In this document: one piece after another, positions 62,408-64,000 of the stretch
How the letters are laid out: every line of letters begins with the position of its first letter
How positions within the stretch are numbered: the first letter of the stretch is position 1
Source: Rhodosorus marinus CCMP1338
Lineage: Eukaryota > Plantae > Rhodophyta
Direction of reading: 5' to 3'
DNA length: 64,000 nucleotides
Assembly (NCBI GenBank): GCA_029953675.1
Contig: JAMWBK010000001.1
Location: 2,046,001-2,110,000, forward strand
The notes under the pieces: model-generated
The model's input: the letters and a program-made list of their open reading frames with translations, nothing else
What the model was told of the DNA's origin: nothing
The model's database searches: none
Translations under genes and position numbers: made by a program

Positions 62408-63560
62408 GGTGGTTTTACTAACATAGCCGAAAGTGCTACGCAGGGCGTACATCATACAAATTGGGAACGAGGAACAAAAGCATGCAGCCAAGACTGCGGT
62501 AGCGAGCCTCTGCTAGTATGTACTAGAGTATCGCCACAAAGCGAGGCTGAACCGGCGTAGGAGGACAAGATACTTTGCTAGTAAACCACCGCCAGATACT
62601 TGGCGGGATGGTAAGTGAAACATTCGCGAATCCACTCCAAGTTTGACTTTTCAAGGTGGTGTCACAAAGGCCTTCCACGACGAAAGGCTTGAACCTTTGC
62701 GCCCTGCCGTCATCGCAGGGGAGACCGGCCACACGCGCAGCGTCATCGGCGCATCCTCTGTCGGCGAACAATAGAAATTACTGGACCTCGGCGGAGGGCA
62801 GCAGATCGAAGATAGGTACTTGACACTGGGCAAGTGACGATCATGTCGACAGAATTCCCCCCCGCCTGGCGGCTGCGTCCGAAACCAGGAGGTTTTCAGG
62901 GTGCACAGCGGTGGCCCGCGGGAGCCTAAGCCGATCCGGTAGCTCCGATTCGACTTCAACAGTTTAACCAACTCGGGTCAAACTTTCATTGATGTACTCC
63001 ATGCGCGTGTGGCGCCTCGTTCGGAGGGAATTCAGGAGTGCACACGAGCCCAGAAAGTGTGATAACAACCGTCAATACGATTCTGTAGCCTTGACAAAAG
63101 GTTGGTCGGTTGGATTGCTATAGGGCCTGGGGCAAGCCAGGTAGATTCGGACCGCAGTCCTGAACTGGAAGACGTCCAGATGCTGGCGAGGTGACGAAAG
63201 CAGGGTTGTCAACCACGGATGTGATAAGTGACCTCCTAACCCGCAACCGCGCCAGGGCCGTGGGTGGTGTGCGCGGGGAGTTCAGCAAGATCGCCGTGAT
63301 GGCCCCGGGTGAGACAACGAACGGTCCGCACTCTGCAGCGGGATACGGGCCGAAGGTTTCACACTGCATGCTATCCATCAAATATTTCAAGAAAAAAATT
63401 GCTCTCGAAGCGGATGTTGACAAAATGCGGGCGGAAAGCAAAGGATTGCACGCTTTTCCTAGTTGGGGCGATGGAAAGAGTTGAAGACATAAATTTTCCA
63501 GCATAGCCGAGCTGTTGTTTCTACGTTCCTGTTTAGACAAAACTTGTGTGTGACGGGGTG
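62408..63560 (-). mobile_element. Decayed 5'-truncated CRE-like RLE retrotransposon copy
   Basis: Minus-strand AILLNSPRTPPTALARLR, GRLPVQDCG, LPCDDGRAQRFKPFVVEGL match the other copies. 3' end acgccctgcgtagcactttcggctatgttagtaaaaccacc. Confidence 0.8.
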
Positions 63561-64000
63561 ATGAGGCACCCAGCATGAGATTTCGAGCAGATGCGCCTGC
63601 GTTTTGATTTCGTGACGCACACGCCGTGTAGCAGCAAGATTCTCGACATCAATCACAAGCAGATATCCACTCGCGGATCCTCTCAAGTCTCGAATCGCAA
63701 GAAGGAACACAAGTTCAGGGATATCGCAAACCGGTCCCAAAGGAGTTTGATTGTTGTACCCACTAGGATTGAATGCACATTCCTCCCTTCAATAACGCAT
63801 TCAATCCTGGGTGGCTATCGGATTGGCCTTGTTGTCGATGATCTTGCTGCTAGATTTCGTATGTCCATAGTCCAGTAAACCGCGAAACGTGCTTTGTCCA
63901 TTTTTTCAGTACGGGCGGGAGAGGAGGGCGCGGATAGGATGTGGGGTTGCGCCCGAAAGATACCTCGCAATTTGAGCTTTCCTACTACATAGTCCCATAC

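Noticed and set aside
1-64000. CRISPR-like arrays, tRNA and rRNA genes
   Set aside because: The repeats are two-copy duplications or TE parts without unique spacers; no cloverleaf or rRNA signature was recognised; the context is eukaryotic.

Overview
Eukaryotic nuclear DNA from a photosynthetic organism with a primary plastid, most likely a red alga. The basis is short GT-AG introns of about 80-110 bp, transit peptides with an early Phe, and a Psb32/TLP18.3 gene. Six host genes are supported: a tandem zinc-ribbon low-complexity protein, Psb32, PurN, the NSUN2/Trm4 tRNA m5C methyltransferase, and two tandem RWP-RK transcription factors. They sit in a transposon-dense background. (i) A hAT-type MITE carries a nested Ty3/gypsy chromovirus whose RT-RNaseH region is replaced by an inverted copy of its own gag. 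(ii) A CRE-like restriction-endonuclease (RLE) non-LTR retrotransposon family is present as one near-full-length copy with a probable TSD plus several 5'-truncated copies and 3' tips. These copies share a 3' stem-loop and a TAGTAAA(ACC) tail, and one is preceded by a palindromic array of its own 3' end. (iii) Two heavily decayed L1/Tx1-like LINEs. Several local tandem duplications are also present. No tRNA, rRNA or CRISPR was recognised. All alignments and counts were done by eye; homopolymer runs may contain sequencing errors.
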